Assembly: GCA_013115145.1 (NCBI GenBank)
Contig: JAAPAO010000083.1
Location: 23,035-87,034, forward strand
Direction: 5' to 3'
DNA: 64,000 nucleotides
DNA from: Perkinsus chesapeaki ATCC PRA-425
Lineage: Eukaryota > Protista > Perkinsozoa
The stretch's first letter is position 1. Every line of letters begins with the position of its first letter. Below are positions 12,081-23,337 of the stretch, in pieces. A program made the position numbers and the translations under genes. The notes under the pieces were generated by a model. The model ran no database searches and was not told where the DNA came from. It saw nothing but the letters and a program-made list of their open reading frames with translations.

Positions 12081-13450
12081 TCCTACTAAGAAAACGATGT
12101 GCTTACGAGGATAATATCAATTCGAAAAGAAGTTAGATGCGATTTGAGGGTAACAAAAAATAACCGTTAGAATCGTTACTTTTATCAGATCTAAATGGCT
12201 GTTGCTTCGATGAAGTGAGTTTGCGTGAGCATTTTCTGCTCAAACGAGATTGTACAAGAGAACTTGCCACTGCGGCACACCTTTCTATGTGGAGAAATAT
12301 GCCCCGAGTATTCATATAAGGTGAGATCACCGTGTCTGGTCACTGGAGAGAATCGTGATTCGTATTCAGATGCGTTTTATGCATACCAGAAGTCGACCTA
12401 CTCGAACAACGCGATGTTCATTGCACAACAGGATGGCAAACAGATAACGTCGTGTATTTTACGTATACTTGTAGACATGATGCCGAGCAAGTATTCCTTA
12501 TGATAAGAGATTTGATGGATGAGCACCGTGGCTGTTTCCGTAAACGGACACACCTGTGCATTATCATGAGAAGATTCTGGAAGGGCTACTGACCAGTAGC
12601 TACTGTAGGAAACAGGATTTCCCAGATCGGCCAGTCGGCATGAATATTGCTTTTCGGAAAGTTTTAAAGACCAATTTGAAGTTCATTATTCACGTTCTCT
12701 TCTCTTGGAGGAGCACCACATCCACGTGAGCGGGCGACGGCGGGGCGGCCTCCGGCATAGGGGTGTTCTCCTTGAGCCCTATATCTCTTTCACGATAGAT
12801 AAGTCTTGGCGGCCGCATGCATGGGTTATAGCAATAACTCTCTAATAAGCCCTGAGATCAGATGGGCCCCATCTGTTGGGTCTTGAAAGATGTTACACCT
12901 GGATATTCCGATAACAAAAAACGTCTAAATTCGCAAAGAGTCCTGAGCATTCAAGGAAGGCATCATAGGGCGTTTGTTGCTGGGATAGCAGCCGAGGCGC
13001 ACGCTGTCATTCACATGTTCGGAGGAAAGTATTCGTACAGATAGACGGTTGGACACCTGGGCACCGATACATTCGGGATACAAGGTATTTCGAGGATACA
13101 AGACAGACATTTTCAAATGAATTTTTGTAGGTAATGCATAAGCGTCATTGCAATGGCGAACGTACCCCATAGTCGGGCGAGAGCTTCGTCCCAAGGAGAA
13201 GGAAAGCAGTGAAGAGCTTTCGCAACACATTTTTACTGAGGTACTGTCGCCTCTTATAGAAAAAAAGTACTGGTTGGTATGAGCTCTCCAAAATTGCAAG
13301 TCCATCGAGACTTAAACCTCAACTCGTATTTGGAAAATATTAACCTCAGTTCGCACGGGCGAATGAAATTGACGCTAAGACTCGCTGGGAACTTCAATGA
13401 TAAATATTTGGATACCGATTGTCGTGAAACTTCGAATTATTCGGTGTAGT

Positions 13451-13684
13451 CCAATTCGTCCACTGCCAACTGGTCCAGTGATCAGCTGGTCCACGGACCA
13501 GCTCATCCAAGGACCATCTCGTACAATGGACGAGATGAGGTACCGATTCGTCCACCGCCGACCAGCACCAACCCATCCAGTACCGATTCGGACACCAATT
13601 CGTCCAGTGCCAACTCGTCCACTTTTACACCCGCTCATATTAGCATTACTTTCGCGAGCGGCTCGCGAAAATAGTGCTAATATG
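13451..13684. repeat. Degenerate short-motif array (Y(C/G)GTCCA-like) followed by a 49-bp hairpin
   Basis: ccaattcgtcca(c/g)tgccaact(g/c)gtcca at 13451 and 13595 plus intervening tggtcca/catcca motifs; hairpin catattagca-ttac-tttcgcgagc-g-gctcgcgaaa-atag-tgctaatatg 13636-13684. Confidence 0.7.
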
Positions 13685-13686
13685 TA

Positions 13687-13766
13687 TCCCATCGACCGTC
13701 TAATCTCTCATATCTTTAAACTCACCTCTCGGGGGGTTCAAATGTCCGACTATGTATGACTATCTC
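13687..13766 (+). repeat. 80-bp dispersed direct repeat, copy 1
   Basis: 78/80 identical to 17043-17122. Confidence 0.95.
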
Positions 13767-14163
13767 CGCACTCGGGCGTGCGGGCTGAAGGTTTCCTATG
13801 TGGATATCGGGCTATTTTGCTGCGGAAACAGCTTACCACTTCGCGAAAACCGCCCGGAAAAGACAGGGAACTAAGGAAGACCGCTGCACGCGGTTTCTGC
13901 TTCACGAAGGTTATGACGATATCTAACCACTCTAGCACTAAAGTATATAAGATGGAGTCTAAGTGGATATGATAGATACCGAGATGATAGCTACCGATGA
14001 GTTGACAAGTTAGAATTGTGTGAGATAGCGATACGCAACCGTTCTGCTAAGCAATGAAGACCATCAGTTCGATATTGATGGAACAAACGAATATTCTTCA
14101 AGGCTTGGTAACCAACACAAACTGCACTGCAGCTCCTCATAAGGTAGTCAGGTAGTGCCGACT

Positions 14164-15010
14164 TCACTTATACAAGGCCATGTATATCTCACTGAGCTTA
14201 CTGAGGACTTCAATGAAACCCAATCCCTTTTATATAGCTTGATGGCTCCTAGGTTGTTATGGTCAACATACAAGACCATAGCAAGGAAGTTGGGAGTGCT
14301 CTTGCCCTGAAAGATCGCCAGAATCAATCGCTCTTAATCACCCCCACTGCCAAAAAAGTCCTCGGAACCACACTGTGTAAATTACACAACTCTTATTCTT
14401 ATCGAGGCGGCATCAGTTTAGTTCATCGTAGTAAAGCACTCAGTGGTGGGTATTCCTTCACTATGAGACGCAGATGCCTGCTGCTCTTACCAAATTTATC
14501 ATATAGTCAAGAAGACGAGTACCAATGCCTTTACCTTGACTGTCCTTGGCAACGGCAACCTGAATGTAAGTAGTCTCATCGAGAAACTCACTCCGCTTGC
14601 ACCTGGTGTATGAAACCGAAGATGCCTTTCGCTTTGGGCTTCTTCCTGATATGACATATCAATAGCAATCTATATCGTTAAATAAGCCAAAGTGAATCTC
14701 CCACATCTTTCTCCGGACTGCATTCTCCACTTCCTTTGAGAGCTGCTGATCTATAGTCACGACGATGAAGCCAATAACGGTCTGAAGCGCAGACACACTG
14801 AACAAAGGAAACGTATACGTTGTGTCACACATTAGGGTCACTGTCCGAGTTAACCGCCACATAGCAAGGGGGGTTGTTTCTAGTTTGGCATTGAATCGTG
14901 AGTACAGCTGGATTATCGGGATAATTGTCACCCTTCTCATAGTTTCGGTAATCAACCCTTCCCAAAGTGAGGCATGCCAGATAGGCAAATAGTGGAATGT
15001 AAGGTTTCAT
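14164..15010 (-). pseudogene. Secreted GNAT acetyltransferase paralog A, five exons, +2 frameshift in last exon
   Basis: Exons 15010-14831, 14781-14705, 14645-14603, 14559-14491, 14306-14164 (180/77/43/69/143 nt; paralog B 180/77/43/69/138). VAVAKDSQGKGIGTRLL (motif A), LYVDHNNLGAIKLYK then frame break before LGFIEV. Confidence 0.8.
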
Positions 15011-15173
15011 GGGGCGAATCAACAAAGCCAAGATCTAAAGAGTGGAGCCGAGCCAGTAGGCTGCACGGCACAAGGACCCTGCGGTTTCCTGGTCAATCCA
15101 GGTGTAGTTTCGGTTGCCAATACCTACAAGGGAGCTGAGCCGCTCGTAACCATCACGACACCAAAACCTCATC

Positions 15174-16505
15174 AATCCAAGATGAAACAGCCACAAGGCG
15201 CCAGATGGTTACGCCGTTGGTACAGCTGATGCACAAATGTACTTAAACGCCGTGCAACAAGTAATATGAAACTCCCATAACACGCAGGAAGAGCGTCGAA
15301 AGTTTCGATAGCTTCGTAGGGCGCTAGTCCTTGAAGGGTCTCCGTGAAGCGTTCCATGAGCCCGCATTGTGAATTTCACTCCCGGAGCGAGATTCTTCCT
15401 GAAAAAACCCACGACGTGAAGGAAGGGTTGTTGGAAATCCCGGAGTGAGGCTTTTGGTTTCTTGTGTCCGAACAGACTGTGTCGTAGTCCCGGTCCTCAT
15501 TAAAACCCTGCTCGTGGAGCTTATTCGTCAACTGAGCCATAGTGCTGGGCGAAAGGACGAACTGCCGCGGAAGTTCCCCGAGTTGCATTCTAGCTCCTTC
15601 CTTCGGTCATATTCATAATTCCACCGTAACAAAAAGGCGAGATTACGTCGTATGCTGTTAAGTGTGCGTGCGTTGAACCGGTCAACATTTTCGCGCTGTC
15701 ACTGCTGTGGACTGTGCAAAGCCTCAAACGGAGGGTGTCACGCCATGATGGTATCCTCATCACAACCTTGGTGTTTCCCCGCCCACACTCGAGGAGCCTT
15801 GCCTGCGCTGCAAACATGTCCACCGACCTTGCACAATTTCATCTCCCCATATCTAGGTCACAGTGCTATATCTCCTGCTAGTGGTGAACACCAGGATGGA
15901 AAATGGCAACAGTAAGGTGGTCAAGTATGAATAGTGGAGTCACTAGCTCCACGGAGAACACACACACCGCCGGGCGCGGTCATCTCGCAGCCTACGATCG
16001 ACCCCTGCGGTTCACCATCGACCCGTACTGCTGGTTCGCCTAGGAGATTACTCTCATCGGTAGGCGAGTCTGTTTCCAATCTCGGAATTTCAATCACATT
16101 TCGAAGCAGAGCAGAAAAAATAGATGAAAAGTAGGATGGACAGAAATGATTCAATTGAACCAGTCAGACTGGTCCAGTCTACAAGGTGAGACCTGAAAGG
16201 TTCATCTGTGTGAAATATCGAGGGTAGTTGTAAACGAACTGGAAAGGTCTAAGTTGACAAAGGGGTGGTTCTGGATGCTCAGATCCCTTGTCGGCGTTTA
16301 TTGCCAATGCCATCATGAGACCAGAAGCTCGTGGAAAATCCAGGATGAAACAACCACAAGGCGCCAGATCGTTATTTTTTAGGTGCTGGTCCAGCTGTTG
16401 CACAACAGCTGTTGCTGTTGCCGAGTTGCAGTTGTTACTTAACCGCCGTGCAACGAGTAATATGTAATTCCCATAACATGCAGGAAGATTATCGAGGGTC
16501 TCTAT
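15174..16505 (-). repeat. Two diverged copies (~15174-15330 and ~16339-16505) of an unidentified coding-like segment
   Basis: Translate as ETFDALPACYGSFILLVARRLS..LAPCGCFILD and ETLDNLPACYGNYILLVARRLS..LAPCGCFILD. Confidence 0.75.
16159..16180. other. 22-bp 7-8-7 scar (T=accagtct)
   Basis: accagtc|agactggt|ccagtct. Confidence 0.9.
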
Positions 16506-16685
16506 ACTATGCGTATCATACTTACAAATATGCTTTTCGAACGTAGAAAATATCGAATAAAGATCGAAGTGATGGTAGGGTGGAGAACTACACTTCTCCA
16601 GTCCCAAGACTTTTCAAAGATCACCTTTGCAGAGGTTTGATGTTGGTGGAGTTACTGATGAGCTGCTGAGGGTGTCCATCAAGTG

Positions 16686-16707
16686 GTGTTGAATCAACAC
16701 TGTTGAT
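16686..16707. other. 22-bp 7-8-7 scar (T=gtgttgat)
   Basis: gtgttga|atcaacac|tgttgat. Confidence 0.9.
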
Positions 16708-16853
16708 TTCATCATTGGGTTTCAGTGCAAGGTGACCCCCATCTTACCTTGCTAAAGATCAAAGTAGCACGTCAACGGGAACCGAGACATGTGTGAGGTC
16801 CAGAAAGACAGTTGGTAAACCAGGAATTGATTTCAATAATGGAGAGTAGATCT

Positions 16854-16889
16854 CGCGAATTATTCGCGGCGAATGGCATTCGCCGAATG
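16854..16889. other. Two stacked near-perfect 7-8-7 scars
   Basis: cgcgaat|tattcgcg|gcgaat(g) overlapping gcgaatg|gcattcgc|cgaatg(t); each mismatched only at the last base. Confidence 0.8.
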
Positions 16890-17042
16890 TGATTTCTATT
16901 ATTGATATGTCGCCGTTATGCGTCGTTCGAAACGTAAGTTACTTGTGATAAGTGGAACCGGCTAATCGTTTTCGCAGACTGCGACTAAAGACTCTAGATC
17001 GCTCCTCCCTATCAATTAGTTTTCAAGTCTGGTTTCTATAGG

Positions 17043-17122
17043 TCCCATCGACCGTCTAATCTCTCATATCTTTAAACTCACCTCTCGGGAGCTTCAAATG
17101 TCCGACTATGTATGACTATCTC
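17043..17122 (+). repeat. 80-bp dispersed direct repeat, copy 2
   Basis: 78/80 identical to 13687-13766. Confidence 0.95.
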
Positions 17123-17482
17123 TGAGCAATCTCGCTAATGGGGCTAATCTATAGCAAGTGTGCTATCCTTGTGCCCGAATTGCTTCATCGTGAACAACTT
17201 GTCAGTGACAAGTTACTACAAGAAAAGCGGCGTAAAACACACCGCTCGAATTAAGTCTTCAGCTACAAAGGCTTCAGTAGAGCGGTGAGCCTGTGCGCGA
17301 TCTACATATCGGGCCGCTGTGGAGGCTTTTTATTAAGACGGCACGACACCCCAGGCTACCCAGAACATGCTCAAAACAGTAATTCCGATGCTCCACCTGC
17401 TTAAAATGATGATTGCACGATTGTCATCATGGAAGCGGTTGGCAAGGTGGCGACGATATACGTGGTTCCGTGATTCCTAACG

Positions 17483-17563
17483 CAAACTTGACAGGTTTTA
17501 ACCTGTAGCCAGTGGCTACAGGTTAAAACCTGTCAAGTTTGTCAAGGTGGCTACTAGCCACCT
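17483..17563. repeat. Perfect 59-bp odd-centred palindrome with nested hairpins, followed by a 19-bp palindrome
   Basis: caaacttgacaggttttaacctgtagcca-g-tggctacaggttaaaacctgtcaagtttg (17483-17541); aggtggcta-c-tagccacct (17545-17563). Confidence 0.97.
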
Positions 17564-17652
17564 GTACAGTTGGCTTAGAATCCGCCGCTATCTCAGTGAC
17601 GGAGACTCTAGCCTTGACTTTATTTTTCCTGTGTAGCGTATCGCTCTGTAAC

Positions 17653-17674
17653 AGAGTAAGTTACTCTGAGTAAC
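17653..17674. other. 22-bp 7-8-7 scar (T=agagtaac)
   Basis: agagtaa|gttactct|gagtaac. Confidence 0.9.
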
Positions 17675-18438
17675 GAGCCTCTGTTAGTTGAACTTGCGTA
17701 AGTCTCTGACACAATCACTTATGCTGCTTGTATTAATACCGTAAATTGCGGTCCGTAATGCGGTAACCGTATTAATAAGTTATTAATAATACGTTATGAG
17801 TCATAAACTCGTAACTTATGACGACCACCCAAAACGACTTCCGTTGAGTCTTTAATCTACAGTGGGTCGTTTGGAATGAAAGTCAGACTTTCAACCGAAG
17901 ACTCTTCGGTTGGCTTTGTCCCGCTAGAGGCGGCCGAATAGGCTGCTGGCTTTACGATGCAGAATGTGGGAGCTGGGAAGGAGTTCTCACTAAGAAAAAG
18001 ACTTCAGGGGTCTCCGTGAGTTCCTCATAGCACCTGTCAAATTGAAAGCGTCAGTTGTCTATCCTAGCCAAATTGGAATAATCAACTCAACACGTCGGCA
18101 GCTCGTCCCTCATTCGAGAAGTTGCCTAGAAATAGTTGCCTGAGCTGCCTTCTGTCGGAATTTACCAATTGAAGCGAGCAAGGACAGCATACTCGCATAC
18201 TTGAGGACGTCAATTAGGCGACAGTTGTTGCCGACAACTTGCCGGAAAGCTAAAGCAATTTCGCGGACATCATTGATGTCACAATGACAGTCACATCATG
18301 GCACTTCAAATATATAGTCCAATTGATACCGTGGTCCATGGTGCACCGTTTCTATATGATGAGCAGTAGTTAAGTTGGTCAGTTGAATCATAGTAGGGAA
18401 ACCTGTTACCGTGGGCAGTTGAAAGCTTGTTGAACAAG

Positions 18439-21400
18439 ATGGATCTTGATGAAGTACGTCTGGAGAACGAACAGAAACAACCGGACAGGCAGACCGAAAA
18501 CGCTGAAGAGCGTGGGGGTGACGTTCACGAACAGGAATCGGCAATCGTAGAAAGGGAGGAACCTGTCGAGGACGAGAGAGACTCAACCGAGGGGGCGAAG
18601 GCAGAAATTGAAGGGGAGGAAGAAGGAACCGAGGGAGAAAGAAAAGGGGAGGGGGAAATTGAAAGAGAGAAAGAAGCGGTCGAAGGAGAGGAAAAAGAAA
18701 TAGGAGGCAAAGAACTCGCCGAGAAGAAGAGCGAGGAAGTACAGATAGAACATCCACTAAAAATTACTATCAATCCAGGTGCTTTCTGTATCTGAGGGAG
18801 GAGCAGACGATAATAGTGGCAAAGTGAGAAATATGACGCCAGCCTGACAAGCTACCACTGAAAATATTGTAACATTGCCAATGTCAGGTTATAAGTGAAG
18901 AAGCGAATGAATTTGATGAGGTGGGAAATATGAGTGTCGTGATATGAAGGTTACATTTGACAGGCCGTCTCGGAGGAGAGGCATTCCTTAGAGGAGGTAG
19001 ATACCGGAGAGGTAAGCAAGGTGAAGGAACGATAAACGTGGTATGGAACTTAACTATTGTGGGGATTAAGCTATCTGGATGGGGCCAGTAGTATGAACAG
19101 TTATATAGATGAGCTAAGCAGTGGAACGCCGAGCACAGACATACCGGCACTTAGTATCTGAGTCTAGTTTAATACACATTTGCGCCCTTGCGTGCCGAAT
19201 TGACCAATGCTTCCTGTTCATTTCCGAAAAGCTCGGAACTGGTGTGGTTTGTTATCAAATTGAAGAAACGGTTTACTAATTCAAGAGAGAGAAATGTTAG
19301 CTTTTGGTGTCTCAGCAGCAGAAGTCCGGAGAGTCTCTACGAGAAGAGGATGAACTCGCAATTGAGGTCTGGGATTCTACTTTTAAATATGCAGCTGTTT
19401 TATCAGACCATCGAGAATGGAGAAGAGATCGCTGTAGTGGATGAAACAGAAGAGTACGAGCAAGAAGACGTTGAAGCGGTAGGTTTGTAGGATGGTCAAT
19501 ATGCGAGCGCAATCGTTCCGGTCATGCGGTATGACAGGAATTTATTCGTTGACATATGACTCATACTGTGAACCGCTTCATGGAACCGCTCGGCTATAAG
19601 GGAGAATTCCATGGAATTGCTATGAGAAGGGTTACTTGAATTGACTCTTATTCCCATCTTGACGCCTGCTCTGGAGATTGCGGGAAAGGGCCGTAGCCCG
19701 GGCATCAATAATGCACAGGTCTGCCGATCAAGTCTAGATTCTGAAGCCCGGGCAAACGCACTTGTCGCAAGGTTCAATACCTCTCCATGCGCTACCTCTG
19801 CAAACAGTGCCAGCGGTCTGGAAGCACTCTCATTTGCCAAGAATTGGGTCTACTGAAACGCTCTTCGCTTCACAATGACACTTTGTTGTGATCCGAAGAT
19901 TTCTAAAACAGAGAGCATGTTTTACATCGCATGAGCTCCTCCTCAATTGGCAACATACATACACTGCCACTGGACGTATTCTTACGAAATCGACTTTCAG
20001 ATAAGGCAACAGCAAGAGCTTGCGGAACTGACAGAGCAACGTAGCCGACTCGTCGATTTACTTGAGCAAGCGAAAGAACAGAAAGCAAGACTATTAAAGT
20101 TGAGACATAATCGTCACTTTCTGTTGTTTGAGAATCCGTACTTCTCAGAGATCGCGAACTACTGCTGGCCAGGGCGGCAAAATGGAAAGATTCTGAAGAG
20201 AAGAGAAATGGTGAGAATTCCTTCGCGCTCATGCCTCGATAGAACACTTTGACTGCTTAGAGGAAGATGGCAAAAGGGAAGGAGGGAGGGAGGCGTCGAG
20301 ACCGGAAGTGAAGGTGAGCGTGAAGGTGTAATCTCGACAATATACACCTTTGGCAGATTACTGACCACAAGTATCTGACCCTACTTAGTAACGTTCACTC
20401 GGTACGTCTAAGACTGAGAGACCAAGAAGTGAGCTGCGAGTTGGAGAAGAAAGAATACCTTCGTTGTCAGGATCGAAGCACCAAAGCTGCCGATGACCTT
20501 CGGGCGGTCTTAGACGACAAACGAGCCAAGGTTGCAGAATGCAGGGATGCGTTAAGGTAGGGTCGAGCGCACGCTATTAAGGATGGTATCATTGTTGTTA
20601 GGGAATTCAAACGTCAAGTGGCAAGGAACAGCGAGTATATGGTTAGCGGGAGAAAAATGCCTCTGAAAATCATCCAGGTGAGGTGCTGGTGAATGTCAGG
20701 GGAATGAAAATAATAAGTGACCAATAGGCAGCAACAAGTTGGCGATCGACTCGAGCAGCTAGAAACCTTTCAATCAATTGAGACAACACTGCCACACTGT
20801 TACAGCGCAGCCACTGCGTTGGACAGTGTCACTGTCCAATGCAAACTTCTCTACGCCCGACTTTCAATCAGAAGTACGCCGAGAACATTCCTATTAGTCA
20901 GAGAAGTTAGTTTGAAATGAGATCTTACGTGCAGGAAGTCGAGGACTTTGAACTCGATAAAGATTCCGAGGTTGAGGAGGCCAGAGGGACTCATATATCT
21001 CTGAAGAACCGTTTGGCCAAGTTAGAGGAAGAACTGAGGAAGAAAGAACAGCTCGCTGAGGGGCTACATCTCATAGGTGCAGCGGTGATAGGGCTTGTAC
21101 AATAACCGCCTCTAGCACAGATTTCGAACAACTCAAGATAGAAAACCAAACACTAAGTGAGAAAATAGAAGAAAGGCAGGAACAGCTGCAGAGACTTAAG
21201 AAGAAGACAGTCGGCACAATACAGGCAATTGCTATCGCTAGTGCGTGCGAAGCCACTGTGTGCCCCAGGTTTCGGCCCATGTGAGAGAGAAGCTAGATTT
21301 CTTGGAGAAGAGAGGGGAGAGTATACGGGCTTCGTTAGCGGAACTTGACAAAGTCGCAGACATACGCAAAGTGGTTCAATTTGTCGGTGTAGGAGTTGGT

Positions 21401-21657
21401 GGAAGAGCGAGATCTGATTGCCAGAGCAAAACGTGACAGAGATGAGTACCGAAATGAGAATGCCAGACTCCGTCAGGAGGCTGGAATTGTGGATTCAAAG
21501 TTAATCGCGCGAGATCACGACAAAAGGTTACAAGTCTGGCCGATCGAAGTACCGACTCCATGCTTTCAGAAAAGAGAGGGTGGAAGAGCTCCTCGATACG
21601 GTCAATATCTTGCAGGAGAGGCACGAGGCTGTTATTAAATACATGTCCATGAGATAA
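18439..21657 (+). CDS. CCDC96: Coiled-coil domain-containing protein 96 (CFAP184-like, DUF4201), multi-exon
   Basis: Glu-rich N-terminus, then KKEQLAEGLHLI|DFEQLKIENQTLSEKIEERQEQLQRLKKK, characteristic of CCDC96; last exon ends ..VIKYMSMR* at 21657. Confidence 0.85.
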
Positions 21658-22071
21658 GACCCAATCTCTATAGCGTTGCTGTTTTCTCGCTAGAGTTCTT
21701 GAGACTTGAGTTATGGACTTCTCAACAGCTTTGTTAACCAAAGGAGCCCCAGAGCCGCATGGATGCAGCTGAAATGGCCATGATAATAATTACCATAACA
21801 ATCTCAGTAAGATGTTAACGAACAGGAGTCATTGACTCTAAACTTGTGTATCTCATCAATATAGTCTCACAAACGACGCTACTGTATTCGATAATAGACT
21901 TGCTCACGTGATGAAAGACATTGGAAAGTAATCGGCCCCAAGTCTCATGTACCCGGTACCAAATTCGGGATAAACAGGCAATCGGAGTCAGACAGGAAAC
22001 TCGACACTATCGGTGCAACATACATCGTCATTTCAAATGACTCCTTTGCAACTTGGTGGAAGTTTAAATCG

Positions 22072-22093
22072 CCCCAGTCACTGGGGCCCAGTG
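22072..22093. other. 22-bp 7-8-7 scar (T=ccccagtg)
   Basis: ccccagt|cactgggg|cccagtg. Confidence 0.9.
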
Positions 22094-22117
22094 TGACTGC
22101 TTTCTCGGGAAGATCTC

Positions 22118-22139
22118 ATACTAAGTTAGTATTACTAAC
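22118..22139. other. 22-bp 7-8-7 scar (T=atactaac)
   Basis: atactaa|gttagtat|tactaac. Confidence 0.9.
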
Positions 22140-22378
22140 TCAACATTGCCTCCTCGACCGATAATGACGATGAAAAATGGAGCGGTATCAATGCTCTTTA
22201 CTCTATAACAAACTCATTTTGGACTTGCGTGCTTCGATTGGGATCTCGCAAGCCAGTACAAATGAACATGCTGGCTTCCTCGAACAGCAAAGCAATAGTC
22301 TAAATTGCTCAATGCTGCTGAGGTGCTCAATGCTTATAGATTAAAGCGAAGAAGAAGAAAGGCCAGTCATCTGATAAA

Positions 22379-23337
22379 TCAACAGTATGCCACATACAAC
22401 TGTCGGCGTTTACCCATGACATGTTGGAAACCCAGGCTCTTATAGAGTTTGATGGCACCTGGATTATCTTGCCTAACTCGTAGGGTCATAGCAAGGCAGT
22501 CTGACTTCTCCTGACCCTGAAGTGCAAACCTCGAGACAGATGGCTGAAGTGCAATCATGAGCTTCGAACAACAAATTCAAACCTCGAGACAGATGACAGA
22601 TGGTTCTGGAAACCGGATTCCCAATCAGTATTAAGTGCTTGTTACATCCCTAAGTTCAAAGTCACATTGAAGGCCTTAGTTTCAGAGCTTCCCAACGGGG
22701 AGCCAAGTTAAGAGTTTCCTTAGAGAAGGAGCGAGGCTGTAATCATTACAAGCTTGATGGCATGATTCATAAGTGTGGTACCAATACCCTTTCCTCGATG
22801 ACCATCGGAAACATAAACCTAAAGTACGAAAAACATCAAAAAGAGTCCAATTTCAGTCCCCCTATAATTGCATTGTGAGGTCGAGACTATTGCACCCGTT
22901 GTTTAACCACCTCGTTTATATAGCCGAAGATCCCTTTCTTCTCTGGATCGGGCCTGATACAATAAAGGTCGGTGACGAGAAGATTCGGCGCCGGAACTGC
23001 AAAGTGGAATTCGCTCACAGTTTAGCTCTAACAGCTGCTTCTTCCTTTTTGCTTAACTTACGGGGCATGGTCATCACGATGAAACCAGCAACCACCTGAC
23101 ACAACGATTACAGATCGACTCCACGGGAGTTACTCCGGGCAGCAAGCTCCATCTTACATGTCCCTCTTTTGGGCCGTTGACTGCTACGTAACATGGGATT
23201 CCCTCCCTGTCATCGCAGTCTTTCTTAATGTCAGCACCGGCACACTGGTCGCCATCCTCGTAGTTGCGGTATGTGTATGATGCTCCTGGCACCGTAAATA
23301 CCAGAAGAACCGATGAAAGAAGGAGATAGGGCTTCAT
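22379..23337 (-). CDS. Secreted GNAT-family N-acetyltransferase paralog B (168 aa, five exons)
   Basis: Exons 23337-23158, 23095-23019, 22953-22911, 22818-22750, 22516-22379, all GT-AG and in phase. MKPYLLLSSVLLVFTVPGAS (signal-peptide-like)..VYVSDGHRGKGIGTTLM (motif A)..LRVRQDNPGAIKLYKSLGF (motif B). Confidence 0.88.

Noticed and set aside
12130-13320. Exon-like blocks that might form another small gene
   Set aside because: No consistent in-phase model or recognisable motif could be built.
18296-18773. Long minus-strand ORFs over the CCDC96 first exon (similarly 36788-37432, 49991-50518, 51807-52334)
   Set aside because: These are antisense shadows of real low-complexity or GC-balanced coding exons.
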